The notes beneath the pieces are model-generated. The model was not told the DNA's origin. It did not search any database and saw nothing but the letters and a program-made list of their open reading frames with translations. A DNA stretch of 63,894 bases, filler included. It is 6 parts of 6 records of this genome, joined end to end, with 100 filler letters (N's around TTAATTAATTAA, not from the genome) between each part and the next. Parts side by side here need not be neighbours in the genome. Positions count along the whole stretch, not along the records: positions 25,636 to 43,510 come from DRR723986_12541; 5 more parts are not named here. The stretch is one strand, 5' to 3'. How positions within the stretch are numbered: the first letter of the stretch is position 1; every line of letters begins with the position of its first letter. Of the stretch, positions 25,536 through 35,088 are shown piece by piece. Position numbers and translations under genes: made by a program.

Positions 25536-25635
25536 NNNNNNNNNNNNNNNNNNNNNNNNNNNNNNNNNNNNNNNNNNNNTTAATTAATTAANNNNNNNNN
25601 NNNNNNNNNNNNNNNNNNNNNNNNNNNNNNNNNNN
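25536..25635. other. Artificial contig-joining linker
   Basis: N44-TTAATTAATTAA-N44. Confidence 0.98.
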
Positions 25636-27156
25636 GATCAGCCCCATGACTTCGCCGATCCGGTCTGCCGCGCTGGAAAGTTCCTGCATGGTGGCAACCG
25701 TTGAAGACGCACTCCGCACCGCCTGCTGGGCCACTTCCGTCGACTTGTTGGCCTGGCCGGCGATCTCGGCGATGGACGCGGCGAGCTCTTCCGCGGAATG
25801 AGCTGCGGAAGTGACGTTTTCCGCCGCCGTGCGCACCGCTTCGGCTGCTTCCCCGGACTGGTTGGCAACATCGTCGGCCGACTGTTCCATCGACTGGGAC
25901 GTCTGCCGCAGTTCGCCGTTGGCTCGGTCAAGACTGTCGAGTGCCGCGGACACGGTCCCCTCGAACCGGCCGATCAGTGTATCGAGACGGGCAACGCGTT
26001 CTTCGCGCCGCCGGTTTTCCTGATCCTGCGAGGCCGCAAGCTCAGCCCGCTCAACCGCATTGTCACGGAAGACCTGAACCGTGCGGCTCATGGAAGCAAG
26101 CTCGGTGCTGCCACTGTCGTCCGGCAGGTCGAGGTCGGTCTGGCCGCTGGCAAGGGCTTCCATGGCCGACTGCAGACGCGCCAGCGGGCGCGCCACCGAT
26201 TGGCCGATCACAAGCGCGATGGCCGGAAGCAGCAGAAGCAGAACCACGATAGCCCCGCCGATTGCATAGGTTGCGATCGACCGGGCCATCTCAAGCTGAC
26301 CGGCGGCTTCACCTTGAGTGGTGTTGGCGGCTTCGCTGAGGGAAGCGATGTGCGGCGGAACAAGTTCAAACAGGTTTTCCAGCAGCTCCGAATGCTCGGC
26401 CCGCTCTGTCTTGGCGACTGTGTAATCGTCGAAAGTCGTCTTGTATTTGGCCATGTTGTCGGCCAGCTCCGCCTTGATGGCGTCGGAGATGTAGACTTTC
26501 TTCAAGAGCTTTTCGAAATCGTTGAACTCGCCCTGGAAAACTTCCAGCGCCGCCTCGGTATTGTTGAGCGTGAACTCCCGTTCCGCCAGCTGAACGGCCA
26601 GGATCGCGCGGGCCAGCTTTTCGAAATCCGGCCCGCCGCCGAATTTCATCTCTTCCGACAGGCGATGCTTGACCGCCCCTGCATATTCATTGAGCCCCGC
26701 CAGATAGCCCTGCGTAGAGTCATACCCGATCTTCTGCTGGGCAGTGTCCAGCATCTCGAAGGCACCTCTTGTGCCTTCCAGCGTATCCTTGACGTCGGCG
26801 ATTTCCGAAGCGTAGGCCGCTGCTGCCGGGTTGGTTGCGATCGTCTCCAGAACTGCGCTGGCTTCTTCAAGCTTGGCGTTGAAACTCTGGAATGTCTCGA
26901 CGGATGGCGTGCTGTGGTAACGCTCTTCAATGGAGCGCAGCGCCGCGGCGCTTTCCGACAGTGTGCTGACCTGTCCGGCCAGTGTCGAACTGCTGCTCAT
27001 GCGCGCAAAGGCCGAATTGAGTTCACCCTGGCTCCAGAAGAAGACACCGCCAATCGCAAGGAGCCCAACAATGGTGAAAAGGCTCAGGGCCAGAATTCTG
27101 GCTTTGACTGACAAATTCGCGAAGATCCGAAAAGGTGATTGAGATCTGAAGGCCAC
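25636..27156 (-). CDS. Methyl-accepting chemotaxis protein (C-terminus truncated)
   Basis: Two TM helices around a helical periplasmic sensor, HAMP (RPLARL...ELASMSRTVQVFRDN), start of signalling domain (AEELAASIAEI...IGEVMGLI). Confidence 0.93.
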
Positions 27157-27323
27157 CAGCGTATGTCCCCTGGATCAACGGATGTGCCATCGGGGTCGAT
27201 GTTTACATCCATGAGTTGATCGATCTGGAAGTGTTCGTGCTTCCGGCCTGCGTTTCTTTCACGACAGAACGTTCGAACACTCATGTTTGCGCCGTATATT
27301 TGACTATAAATGCCAACTTACGG

Positions 27324-27339
27324 TTAACATGCGTGTAAC
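27324..27339. promoter_or_regulatory. Possible CtrA-binding site upstream of the MCP gene
   Basis: TTAA-CATGCGT-GTAAC, one mismatch to TTAA-N7-TTAAC. Confidence 0.35.
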
Positions 27340-27381
27340 CCCACCGACTCGACGCAATCTAACCTTGCGTCATCTTCGACT

Positions 27382-28275
27382 TTGTCATTGAGGCTGCAAT
27401 TGAATCTCCTCGCCAGAGCCGCACCGGCCATTTTTGTTTTGCTGTGGTCTACGGGCTTCGTCGGTTCTAAACTCGGCGCGCCCTACATCGATCCGATGGT
27501 GTTTTTGACGGTCCGCTTCGTTGCGGTTTTGCCGGTGCTGATTCTGCTGGCGATGTTCTTGTCGAAGTCCTGGCCGAAAGATCCCGCTGCCATTGCCCAT
27601 TGCATCTTCACCGGCATGCTGGTTCACGGCATCTATCTCGGTGGTGTGTTCTGGGCAATCAAACAGGGCATGCCGGCTGGAGCGTCCTCGATCATTGTCG
27701 GTCTTCAGCCCGTGCTGACCGCCCTCATCGCGGTGGCTTTGCTTGGCGAAACCATTTCCCGCAGACACTGGCTCGCCATGGCCATCGGAGCGATTGGTCT
27801 TGCATTCGTTCTTGGTCCGAAACTCGACCTTGCCGGATCGGGCATCACGCCGGTGACGATATTCGTGGTCCTCATCTCCGTTGCGGCCATCAGCCTGGGA
27901 ACAGTCTATCAGAAGCGTTTCGTACAGCAGACCGACCTCATGGCGGCAACTGTCTGGCAGTACGTCGGCGCTTTGCTTGTCACAATTCCGCTGAGCCTGA
28001 CCGAAAGCTGGCAGATCACCTGGTCAGGTGAGCTGATCTTTGCGATGGCCTGGCTCGTGCTGGTCTTGTCCGTCGGCGCGATACTGCTCCTGATGCTGCT
28101 GATCCGCGAGGGCGCGGTCTCCCAGGTCGCCAGCCTTTTTTATCTGGTGCCGGTGGCAACAGCGGTGGAAAGCTATTTCCTGTTCGGTGAATCCCTGACG
28201 CCGGTTCAGATCGGTGGAATGGTTCTGGTCATCAGCGCCGTCTTGACCATCCGCAAGAAGCCAGCAAGGAGCTAG
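27382..28275 (+). CDS. DMT/EamA family transporter
   Basis: Ten TM helices, LWSTGF, QPVLTA, GTVYQKRF, SLFYLVP; start codon uncertain by a few codons. Confidence 0.9.
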   Translation: MSLRLQLNLLARAAPAIFVLLWSTGFVGSKLGAPYIDPMVFLTVRFVAVLPVLILLAMFLSKSWPKDPAAIAHCIFTGMLVHGIYLGGVFWAIKQGMPAGASSIIVGLQPVLTALIAVALLGETISRRHWLAMAIGAIGLAFVLGPKLDLAGSGITPVTIFVVLISVAAISLGTVYQKRFVQQTDLMAATVWQYVGALLVTIPLSLTESWQITWSGELIFAMAWLVLVLSVGAILLLMLLIREGAVSQVASLFYLVPVATAVESYFLFGESLTPVQIGGMVLVISAVLTIRKKPARS

Positions 28276-28309
28276 GGTTGGTCCCGGGAGCCGTCATCGA
28301 AAAATCCGG

Positions 28310-29200
28310 TCAGGCTTCTGTATCCAGCGCCAGCGCAAGCTGTTCCTGACGGCGGCGCCAGTAGCGCCGTTGACGGGAGATTGCCGCGTTGAGTTCACCG
28401 CCCAGAATGAACACGAGCGCGCAGATATAAAGAAAGATCAGCGCGGTCATGATCCCGGCCAGACCGCCATAAGTGGAGACGTAATTGGCGAAGCTGGCGA
28501 GATAGGCGCCGAAGGCACTACCGGCAATGATCCACATGAACAGTGTGGCGAGCACTCCGGGCCACAGGTCGCGGAAGGTGCGATGCCCCGCGGGCAGCAG
28601 CCAGTGGGTGATGAAAAGGCCGATGATCAGCAGCGATCCGGCCAGTGTGTATCGGGCAACGTTGATTGACAGCAGGAAAGTCTCGACCTGCGGCACGAAG
28701 ACCTTCAGCCCCTCGAGGGCGAGCGGCGCCAGAACCACCAGAAACGTGTAGGCCAGCAGAATGCCGGCACCCAGCAGCACAAGCCCGATCGATTGCAGCC
28801 GCAACAGCACGATGGAGCGGTTTTCATGCTGCCGGTAGGCCCGGTTGAGCGCGGTACGCAGCGCCTCCACCCCGTTGGAGGAAAACCACAGAGCGGCAAC
28901 GGCGCCGAAGGTCACAAGGTCGCCGCGGCGAATGGTCAGGACATTCTGTATTTCCCGCACGACAGGCGATGCAACGCTTGCCGGCCAGGCATCGAACAGC
29001 AGTTCCGACACCGTGTCGGCAGCACCGGTCATGCCGAGAAAGGCCGCGAGCGAGGCGATGAAGATCAGCAGGGGAAATATCGCCAGCAACCCCGACAGTG
29101 CCACGTGACTGGCCATTGCAAAGCCGTCATCCCGGGCGAAGTGACCGATGGCGTCTTTCAGGACGGCGTAGATCACGAGAACTGTCTGTCTGGCGCTCAT
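28310..29200 (-). CDS. YihY/virulence factor BrkB family membrane protein
   Basis: A..VA...LLAIFPLL, ALNRAY, WPG, YVSTYGGLAG, GGELNA. Confidence 0.92.
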   Translation of the reverse strand: MSARQTVLVIYAVLKDAIGHFARDDGFAMASHVALSGLLAIFPLLIFIASLAAFLGMTGAADTVSELLFDAWPASVASPVVREIQNVLTIRRGDLVTFGAVAALWFSSNGVEALRTALNRAYRQHENRSIVLLRLQSIGLVLLGAGILLAYTFLVVLAPLALEGLKVFVPQVETFLLSINVARYTLAGSLLIIGLFITHWLLPAGHRTFRDLWPGVLATLFMWIIAGSAFGAYLASFANYVSTYGGLAGIMTALIFLYICALVFILGGELNAAISRQRRYWRRRQEQLALALDTEA

Positions 29201-29363
29201 GACCCAAGATGTGGCCTGCGCTGACACAATTCGTCAAGCCTGGGTAGTGAAAACCGCATCCGCCAAAAGGTCTATAAATTCACGCTCGACAAATGAGGGT
29301 GTGCAACGCAACATAGCTTCAACAAGAAGCGCTGCTGCGCAACAAATGAAAACGGAGATCGCC

Positions 29364-31052
29364 ATGTCCACCGCAGCCCTGCCGGCCGCAGAAACACCCG
29401 CAAGCCTTACCGAGCGAACGGAAGCTGCCGTCGCCACGCTCGATCATCTGCTCAATCTTGCAGCGCAGCGGGTGCGCGACCGCGTGAGCGAGGATGGGCG
29501 CATCTCCTCCCGCCTGATGGAAGAAGAGCAAAGGGCAACCCACGGACTGGCCTGGTTCGCAACCTATGTGGAGTCTCTGCGCCAATTGGATGCCTACGCG
29601 AAACGTCTGACCGCGGAAGGCCGCTACGGCGCTCTTGAGGACTACATCGTCCAGCTCGGATTTGCGGAGTACCTTGCGCAGATCTTCGGCGGCATTCCGA
29701 TGAACCAGGGTGAAATCGTTCGCCTGGCGGATCTTGGCGTTTCTTCCGAAGAAGCTCTTGGCTTCCAGACAGCCGAAATCCTGTCGCTGATCGATACCGG
29801 AAACCGTCCGGAAATCCGCAGCGAGATCACCCGCCTGATCCGCGACCAGGCGGGTCATTCCACCTTCGGCGACCCAGGTCTGGACGAGACCATGGAGCAG
29901 ATCCGCAACGAGATGCGCCGCTTTGCGGAAGACAACGTCGTGCCCAACGCGCACGAGTGGCATCTGAAAAACGAATATATTCCGCTTGAGATTATCGAGC
30001 AGATGTCCGAGCTCGGCGTCTTTGGCCTCACCATACCGGAAGAATATGGTGGCCTCGGACTTGGCAAGGAGGCCATGTGCGTCGTCTCCGAAGAACTGTC
30101 CCGCGCCTATATCGGTGTCGGCTCGCTCGGCACCCGGTCCGAAATCGCGGCGGAACTCATTCTGTGCGGCGGAACGGAAGAGCAGAAGCAGCACTGGCTA
30201 CCGAAAATCGCATCCGGCGAGATCCTGCCGACTGCCGTCTTCACCGAACCCAATACCGGTTCGGACCTTGCCTCGCTGAAGACCCGCGCCGTGAAGGACG
30301 GCGACGTCTGGAAGGTGTCCGGCAACAAGACCTGGATTACCCATCCGGTCCGTGCCGATATCATGACCTTGCTCGCCCGCACCAGCCCGGATGAACCCGG
30401 CTACAAGGGCTTGTCCATGTTCATCGCGGAAAAGCCGCGCGGCACCGACGAGGAGCCCTTCCCGGCAGACGGCATGAGCGGCGGCGAGATCGAAGTTCTC
30501 GGCTACCGGGGCATGAAGGAATATGAAATCGCTTTCGACGGCTTCGAGGTGAAGGGCGAGAACCTTCTCGGCCAGGTCGAGGGCGAAGGTTTCAAGCAAC
30601 TGATGCAGACCTTTGAAGGCGCCCGCATCCAGACTGCTGCCCGCGCATTGGGCGTCGCCCAGTCTGCACTGGACCTGGGCTTGAGATACGCCGAAGAACG
30701 CGTCCAGTTCGGCAAGGAACTGGTCAACTTCCCGCGTGTTGCCGACAAGCTGGCCATGATGACTGCCGAACTGATGATCGCCCGCCAGCTGACCTATTTC
30801 TCGTCCTGGCAGAAGGATTCCGGCAAACGCTGCGATCTGGAAGCAGGCATGGCGAAACTGCTTGGTGCCCGCGTTGCATGGGCCGCGGCGGACAATGCGT
30901 TGCAGATCCACGGCGGCAATGGCTTTGCTCTGGAATATGCAATTTCCCGTGTCCTGTGCGATGCCCGCATCCTGAACATCTTCGAAGGTGCAGCGGAAAT
31001 TCAGGCTCAGGTCATCGCGCGCCGCCTGCTTGAAACGCGCGGCAACGCCTGA
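29364..31052 (+). CDS. mcd: Acyl-CoA dehydrogenase, (2S)-methylsuccinyl-CoA dehydrogenase type (ethylmalonyl-CoA pathway)
   Basis: About 560 aa with the N-terminal extension HGLAWFATYVESLRQL, TAVFTEPNTGSDL, EVLGYRGMKEY, IFEGAAEIQ; GGAG RBS before ATG 29364. Confidence 0.85.
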   Translation: MSTAALPAAETPASLTERTEAAVATLDHLLNLAAQRVRDRVSEDGRISSRLMEEEQRATHGLAWFATYVESLRQLDAYAKRLTAEGRYGALEDYIVQLGFAEYLAQIFGGIPMNQGEIVRLADLGVSSEEALGFQTAEILSLIDTGNRPEIRSEITRLIRDQAGHSTFGDPGLDETMEQIRNEMRRFAEDNVVPNAHEWHLKNEYIPLEIIEQMSELGVFGLTIPEEYGGLGLGKEAMCVVSEELSRAYIGVGSLGTRSEIAAELILCGGTEEQKQHWLPKIASGEILPTAVFTEPNTGSDLASLKTRAVKDGDVWKVSGNKTWITHPVRADIMTLLARTSPDEPGYKGLSMFIAEKPRGTDEEPFPADGMSGGEIEVLGYRGMKEYEIAFDGFEVKGENLLGQVEGEGFKQLMQTFEGARIQTAARALGVAQSALDLGLRYAEERVQFGKELVNFPRVADKLAMMTAELMIARQLTYFSSWQKDSGKRCDLEAGMAKLLGARVAWAAADNALQIHGGNGFALEYAISRVLCDARILNIFEGAAEIQAQVIARRLLETRGNA

Positions 31053-31633
31053 TCGTCATCAGATCGCACTTTGTCGCGAAGGCCCTGTGCCCGCGCGTGA
31101 CGACCGTTGTCAGATCTCTCGCTCATTCCCTCGTCCGGGGCGCTGTCCCGGGCCTGGGGGCCAAGCTTGCTTTGCAGGCGGCCGATGACGGCCAGGACAA
31201 TCACCACCATGAATGTTGCAAGGCCCGCCAATCCGATCTGACCGACGCCACAGGCCGTGCCGATGGCGCCTGCCAGCCACATTGATGCACCGGTAGTGAC
31301 GTTCTGCACCGAGCCATTACGGGAGAAGATCAGACCGGCGGAGAGGAACGCCACGCCCGCCGTCACGGCTTCGACCAGACGGAGCGGATCCACATTGACG
31401 TTGCTCGCCCCGGAAAAGGGAAGATCGGCAAGCGCCTGACTGATCAGGAGAAACAGACACGAGGCGAATGCGATAAGCATATGCGTCCTGAGCCCGGCAT
31501 CCTTGCCACGCTCTTCCCGCTCGAACCCGATGATACCGCCCAGAACGATGGCCGCAATCATCCGCAGAACCAGAACGTCCAGCGGAACCGCACCGAAGCC
31601 GAGGTCCATCTCTGCGGCAAGCCGGTCTACCAT
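31007..31633 (-). CDS. MgtC/SapB family membrane protein (N-terminal domain type)
   Basis: IGFERE, AGLRTHML, DPLRL..AV..GVAFL.AG.I, TTGASMWL.GAIG; likely start MVDRLAA. Confidence 0.92.
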   Translation of the reverse strand: MVDRLAAEMDLGFGAVPLDVLVLRMIAAIVLGGIIGFEREERGKDAGLRTHMLIAFASCLFLLISQALADLPFSGASNVNVDPLRLVEAVTAGVAFLSAGLIFSRNGSVQNVTTGASMWLAGAIGTACGVGQIGLAGLATFMVVIVLAVIGRLQSKLGPQARDSAPDEGMSERSDNGRHARAQGLRDKVRSDDDQALPRVSSRRRAMT

Positions 31634-31671
31634 GGTCGTTCCTTGTTGCGGGTCGGTCAGCATAAGAGAGC

Positions 31672-31696
31672 AACGCCGCAACAAGTCTTTCGTTCC
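31672..31696 (-). promoter_or_regulatory. EcfG/sigmaT-type promoter (GGAAC-N16-CGTT) of the MgtC-family gene
   Basis: Minus strand reads GGAAC-gaaagacttgttgcgg-CGTT. Confidence 0.85.
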
Positions 31697-31722
31697 GGAA
31701 GGTGACCGGTGCTGCCTGCCGC

Positions 31723-32151
31723 CTACTCCACGGTAACGGTGATCTTTTCCGACATGACCGGCGGATTGTGCGGAATGTGCGACCAGTCACCCAGCACCAG
31801 TTGCAGCGTGTGTGAACCGGCTGGCAGTTCAATCGTGGTTTCGGTCTGCCCACCACCGAAATGCTTGTGATTGTCATCCGCCGGAATAGCTTCGTTCAGC
31901 TCCTCGTCCTCGATACTCTCATCGATGATCAGGTGATGGTGTCCGGTGTTTTCCTTTTCCGTGCCGGCGGGGGCAACGCCCATTCCGGAAAGGCCGAACT
32001 GGATGGTCACTGGACTTTTGACGGTGTCGCCATCCTTCAGGTTTACGAAGTAGAGCTTCACGCCGTCCGGTGCCGGAGTTTCTCCTGCCTGGGCGACGGC
32101 ACCTGTGAGGGCCAGCACGGCAGCACCGAGCCCGATTGCAAGTCTCTTCAT
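31723..32151 (-). CDS. DUF4399 domain secreted protein
   Basis: Signal peptide, GVAPAG, TGHHHLIID, HFGGGQTE, HTLQLVLGD..H. Confidence 0.88.
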   Translation of the reverse strand: MKRLAIGLGAAVLALTGAVAQAGETPAPDGVKLYFVNLKDGDTVKSPVTIQFGLSGMGVAPAGTEKENTGHHHLIIDESIEDEELNEAIPADDNHKHFGGGQTETTIELPAGSHTLQLVLGDWSHIPHNPPVMSEKITVTVE

Positions 32152-32299
32152 GATCTTCTCCCTTTCAAGGACGGAATTCTGCATTGTTCCTCACGACCAC
32201 TCTTCACTTAGGGCGCCGCGCTCTCTTCCGGTAGGCCCTGCAATCCGTTTCCCGTACTGGTAGGCTTGCGAACTGTCGAAATTGTCACAGATATCCTCA

Positions 32300-32324
32300 G
32301 GAACGCTTCCGGTGGTCCGGCGTT
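32300..32324 (+). promoter_or_regulatory. EcfG/sigmaT-type promoter of the host-attachment family gene
   Basis: GGAAC-gcttccggtggtccgg-CGTT. Confidence 0.85.
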
Positions 32325-32359
32325 CACTCCAGACGGACCCAAAACTGCAGGAGTGCGAC

Positions 32360-32812
32360 ATGAAGGATGCGATCCGACTGAAACATGATGGTTGGGTAGT
32401 CGTTGCCGACGGAACCAAGGCTTTGTTCCTGACCAACGCGGGCACGGAACACGTGCCGGATCTCAAGGTCTTTCGGAAAGAAACCCAGGACAACCCTCCC
32501 AACCGCGAGCAGACCGCTGACCGTCCCGGTCGTTTGAGCGACGGACCGCAGGGGCATCGAAGTGTAGTTCAGGAAGCCGACTGGCATGCGCTGGCTGAAG
32601 ACGATTTCGCCGCGGACCTTGCCCAGATGCTCTACAAGCGCGCCCACAAGGGCAAGTTCGACGAGATCGTACTGGTCGCAGCCCCGTCGGTTCTCGGCCA
32701 GGTCCGCAAGCGCCTGCACAAGGAAGTCAGTGACCGTGTCGTCGCGGAGATCGACAAGGATCTCACCAATCATCCTGTCGATCGCATCGAGAAACTTGTC
32801 TTCGGAAGATAA
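32360..32812 (+). CDS. Host attachment family protein (AtsE-like, baeRF12 release-factor-like fold)
   Basis: WVVVADG.KALFL.N, DRPGR, LVAAP..LG..RK.L, EI.KDLT.HP; AGGAG RBS. Confidence 0.88.
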   Translation: MKDAIRLKHDGWVVVADGTKALFLTNAGTEHVPDLKVFRKETQDNPPNREQTADRPGRLSDGPQGHRSVVQEADWHALAEDDFAADLAQMLYKRAHKGKFDEIVLVAAPSVLGQVRKRLHKEVSDRVVAEIDKDLTNHPVDRIEKLVFGR

Positions 32813-32957
32813 TCATCTTCTTGCGCAGACGCTCAGGGCGTTCGGCCGCCACCGTCCGAACGTCCCCGCCACGATGCGCCTTGCAAGACCAGGCTCGGAA
32901 TTTTTTCACCCTAGAAAACAGTGACCGCCAATTGCGGCCGCTGGAACAGGCAGGACC

Positions 32958-33545
32958 ATGACCGCTGATCCGGACTTGGACCGGCCCCTGACGTCCATTG
33001 TCGACAGGGTCGGAGACATCACGAAAGAAGGACAGGTCTCGCTTGACCGCGTGGTCGGCGCTTTCGAGAAAACCGGATTTGCGACGATGCTGATCGTGCC
33101 CGCGGCCGCCGTCGTGACACCGCTGAGCGGCATTCCCCTGTTTTCAAGCCTTTGTGGAGTGACCATTTGCCTGATCGCGGCACAATGGCTGATGAAACGC
33201 GACCGGGTCTGGCTTCCCCACTGGCTGGGTCAGCAAAGTCTTGAGGGCGACAAGGTGCGGGTGGCGATGAACAAGCTGCGGCCCGCCGCACGCTGGCTGG
33301 ACAAACATTCCCGCGCGAGAGCACGGTTCCTCTTCCGGCAACCTCTTCGGGCCTTGTTGCCGCTCTCATGCCTCCTGTTCGGCGCCTTGATGCCCTTTCT
33401 CGAACTGGTACCATTCTCGTCATCGCTTCTTGGCGCATCTGTTTGCCTGATTGCCTTCTCTCTCCTCACCCGGGACGGTCTCTTTGCCCTTGCCGCGCTT
33501 TTGCCTTTGGCCATCGTTGTCTGGGCACTGACGGCCTTATTCTGA
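32958..33545 (+). CDS. Exopolysaccharide biosynthesis ExoD-family membrane protein
   Basis: PLSGIP, Q.L......WLP.WL, LE.VPF, RDG motif near the C-terminus. Confidence 0.88.
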   Translation: MTADPDLDRPLTSIVDRVGDITKEGQVSLDRVVGAFEKTGFATMLIVPAAAVVTPLSGIPLFSSLCGVTICLIAAQWLMKRDRVWLPHWLGQQSLEGDKVRVAMNKLRPAARWLDKHSRARARFLFRQPLRALLPLSCLLFGALMPFLELVPFSSSLLGASVCLIAFSLLTRDGLFALAALLPLAIVVWALTALF

Positions 33546-33572
33546 AGAAGGCCTCCCAACAGGTTCGCAGGA

Positions 33573-34628
33573 TCAACCGAGCGCCTGAAGCGCGATGGCA
33601 CCGCCATAGATGCCAAGCAGACTGACACTTTCAAAACCGATCCCGCCGGGGCCTGACTTCTGCCGTACCAGCAACCCCAGAAGCAGAACCGCTGTCATCA
33701 CCAGCCCGATCGCCAGCCAGAAATAGTCCTGAGGGGAGACGGCTTGATACAGCGAGCCGTCGCGATAGGCGACATCGGAAAGCGTCAGGAACAGAGTATC
33801 GAAGGTGTTGCCGCCAACAATGCCGCCGATGGCGAGCTGCAGGGCACCACGATGCACGGCTGCCAGCGTCGTCACCAGTTCGGGCAGCGAGGTGACAACG
33901 GCTGTCATTAGCGCGCCGACAAGCGAGGCGTTGAGATTGAAACGGTCCGTCAGCGCGCCAGCCACTTCCGCCAGCACCCAGCCCATCGAGGCGAGGACAA
34001 GCATCAGCGCTGAAAACCCTGCGATAAGCCGCAAGTTACCGCGCAGGTCGTGCTGTTCCTCATCCGGGCTGTCCTCGTGGGTTTCGAACGTATTCACGAC
34101 ACGCCACATGGGCTGCTCCCGTACGTGCCGCTGAGCCAGCAAACCGCTGCCATAAACGATAACCAGGGCGTAGGAGGCTGGATGAACGCCCAGTAACGTG
34201 ATTTCCGGGGTGGTGTAGGCGACCAGGGGAATGGCCAGCAAAAGCATCAGCAGGGCGCATTGAAAAAGGCTGGAAACGTCAGCGGCCACATGCTCCAGGT
34301 TGCCGCGCCGGTAAACGATGTCAGCGATGGCCAGAAAGACAGTCTGCGCGGCGATACCGCCAACGCCATTTGAAAAGGCCAGCGACGCGCGGCCGTCCAG
34401 CGCTGCAGTTACGGACACCACGGTGCCCGAGAGCGACGTGGCCGCCCCCAGCAGGACACCGCCAACCAAGGCCTCGCCCAGCCCTGTCCGGTCGGCGATA
34501 CGGTCAGCCTGACCGGTCAGATGAATGCCGCAAACCAGTATAACTCCACCGGCACCTGCAATAAGCGCAAGCAAGACCCACAGCGGCAAGCTGTCGAAAC
34601 CCATAGTGACCTTGTCCCCTCTTGGCAT
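33573..34628 (-). CDS. Sodium:calcium antiporter (CaCA family)
   Basis: Two alpha repeats GAATSLSG / AVVTSLPE and GGIVGGNTFD. Confidence 0.88.
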   Translation of the reverse strand: MPRGDKVTMGFDSLPLWVLLALIAGAGGVILVCGIHLTGQADRIADRTGLGEALVGGVLLGAATSLSGTVVSVTAALDGRASLAFSNGVGGIAAQTVFLAIADIVYRRGNLEHVAADVSSLFQCALLMLLLAIPLVAYTTPEITLLGVHPASYALVIVYGSGLLAQRHVREQPMWRVVNTFETHEDSPDEEQHDLRGNLRLIAGFSALMLVLASMGWVLAEVAGALTDRFNLNASLVGALMTAVVTSLPELVTTLAAVHRGALQLAIGGIVGGNTFDTLFLTLSDVAYRDGSLYQAVSPQDYFWLAIGLVMTAVLLLGLLVRQKSGPGGIGFESVSLLGIYGGAIALQALG

Positions 34629-34658
34629 TTGCGGAAGTTGTCCGGACTACAAAGGGAA

Positions 34659-34683
34659 AACGGACACCCCATCAGGAAGTTCC
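34659..34683 (-). promoter_or_regulatory. EcfG/sigmaT-type promoter of the CaCA antiporter
   Basis: Minus strand reads GGAAC-ttcctgatggggtgtc-CGTT. Confidence 0.85.
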
Positions 34684-34716
34684 CACCTGAACGTTCTCCC
34701 TTGGAACTCCCGGAGG

Positions 34717-34741
34717 GGAACGAATAAGGGTCTTGCGCGTT
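34717..34741 (+). promoter_or_regulatory. EcfG/sigmaT-type promoter of the 54-aa microprotein gene
   Basis: GGAAC-gaataagggtcttgcg-CGTT. Confidence 0.85.
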
Positions 34742-34799
34742 AACCGCTGAAGAGCAGTCGAGCCTGACTGCCAAGTGGCAACATCGCGAGGTAGTGAAG

Positions 34800-34964
34800 A
34801 TGATCTATCACGGCTTTAACGACGATGCGGACCGGCACCTTGCCATCCTGCGTGAAAGGATCAGAGACAAGGAAGCCTCCAGCTGGAAGCACCTTGCTCT
34901 TGGCTTTGGATTCAGCGGCATCATTTTTTCGCTGATCGCCCTGATATTCCTGCTCAGCTATTGA
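34800..34964 (+). CDS. 54-aa single-TM microprotein (not in ORF track)
   Basis: MIYHGFNDDADRHLAILRERIRDKEASSWKHLALGFGFSGIIFSLIALIFLLSY; GAGGT RBS and its own EcfG-type promoter. Confidence 0.72.
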   Translation: MIYHGFNDDADRHLAILRERIRDKEASSWKHLALGFGFSGIIFSLIALIFLLSY

Positions 34965-34995
34965 CCGCACGCCCAGGGCAGCCTGGACGTTTTCA

Positions 34996-35020
34996 GGAAC
35001 ACTACTGCCGCTCGAACGTT
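34996..35020 (+). promoter_or_regulatory. EcfG/sigmaT-type promoter of the 53-aa microprotein gene
   Basis: GGAAC-actactgccgctcgaa-CGTT. Confidence 0.85.
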
Positions 35021-35088
35021 GTTCTGAAGAGTGATGAGGCCAAACCGCCCTCAGCGCTTGCAACGACGCACAATCCAGCGAGGTAGAG

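Noticed and set aside
25798-27111. 437-aa ORF antisense to the MCP gene
   Set aside because: High-GC antisense shadow frame fully overlapping a well-supported gene.
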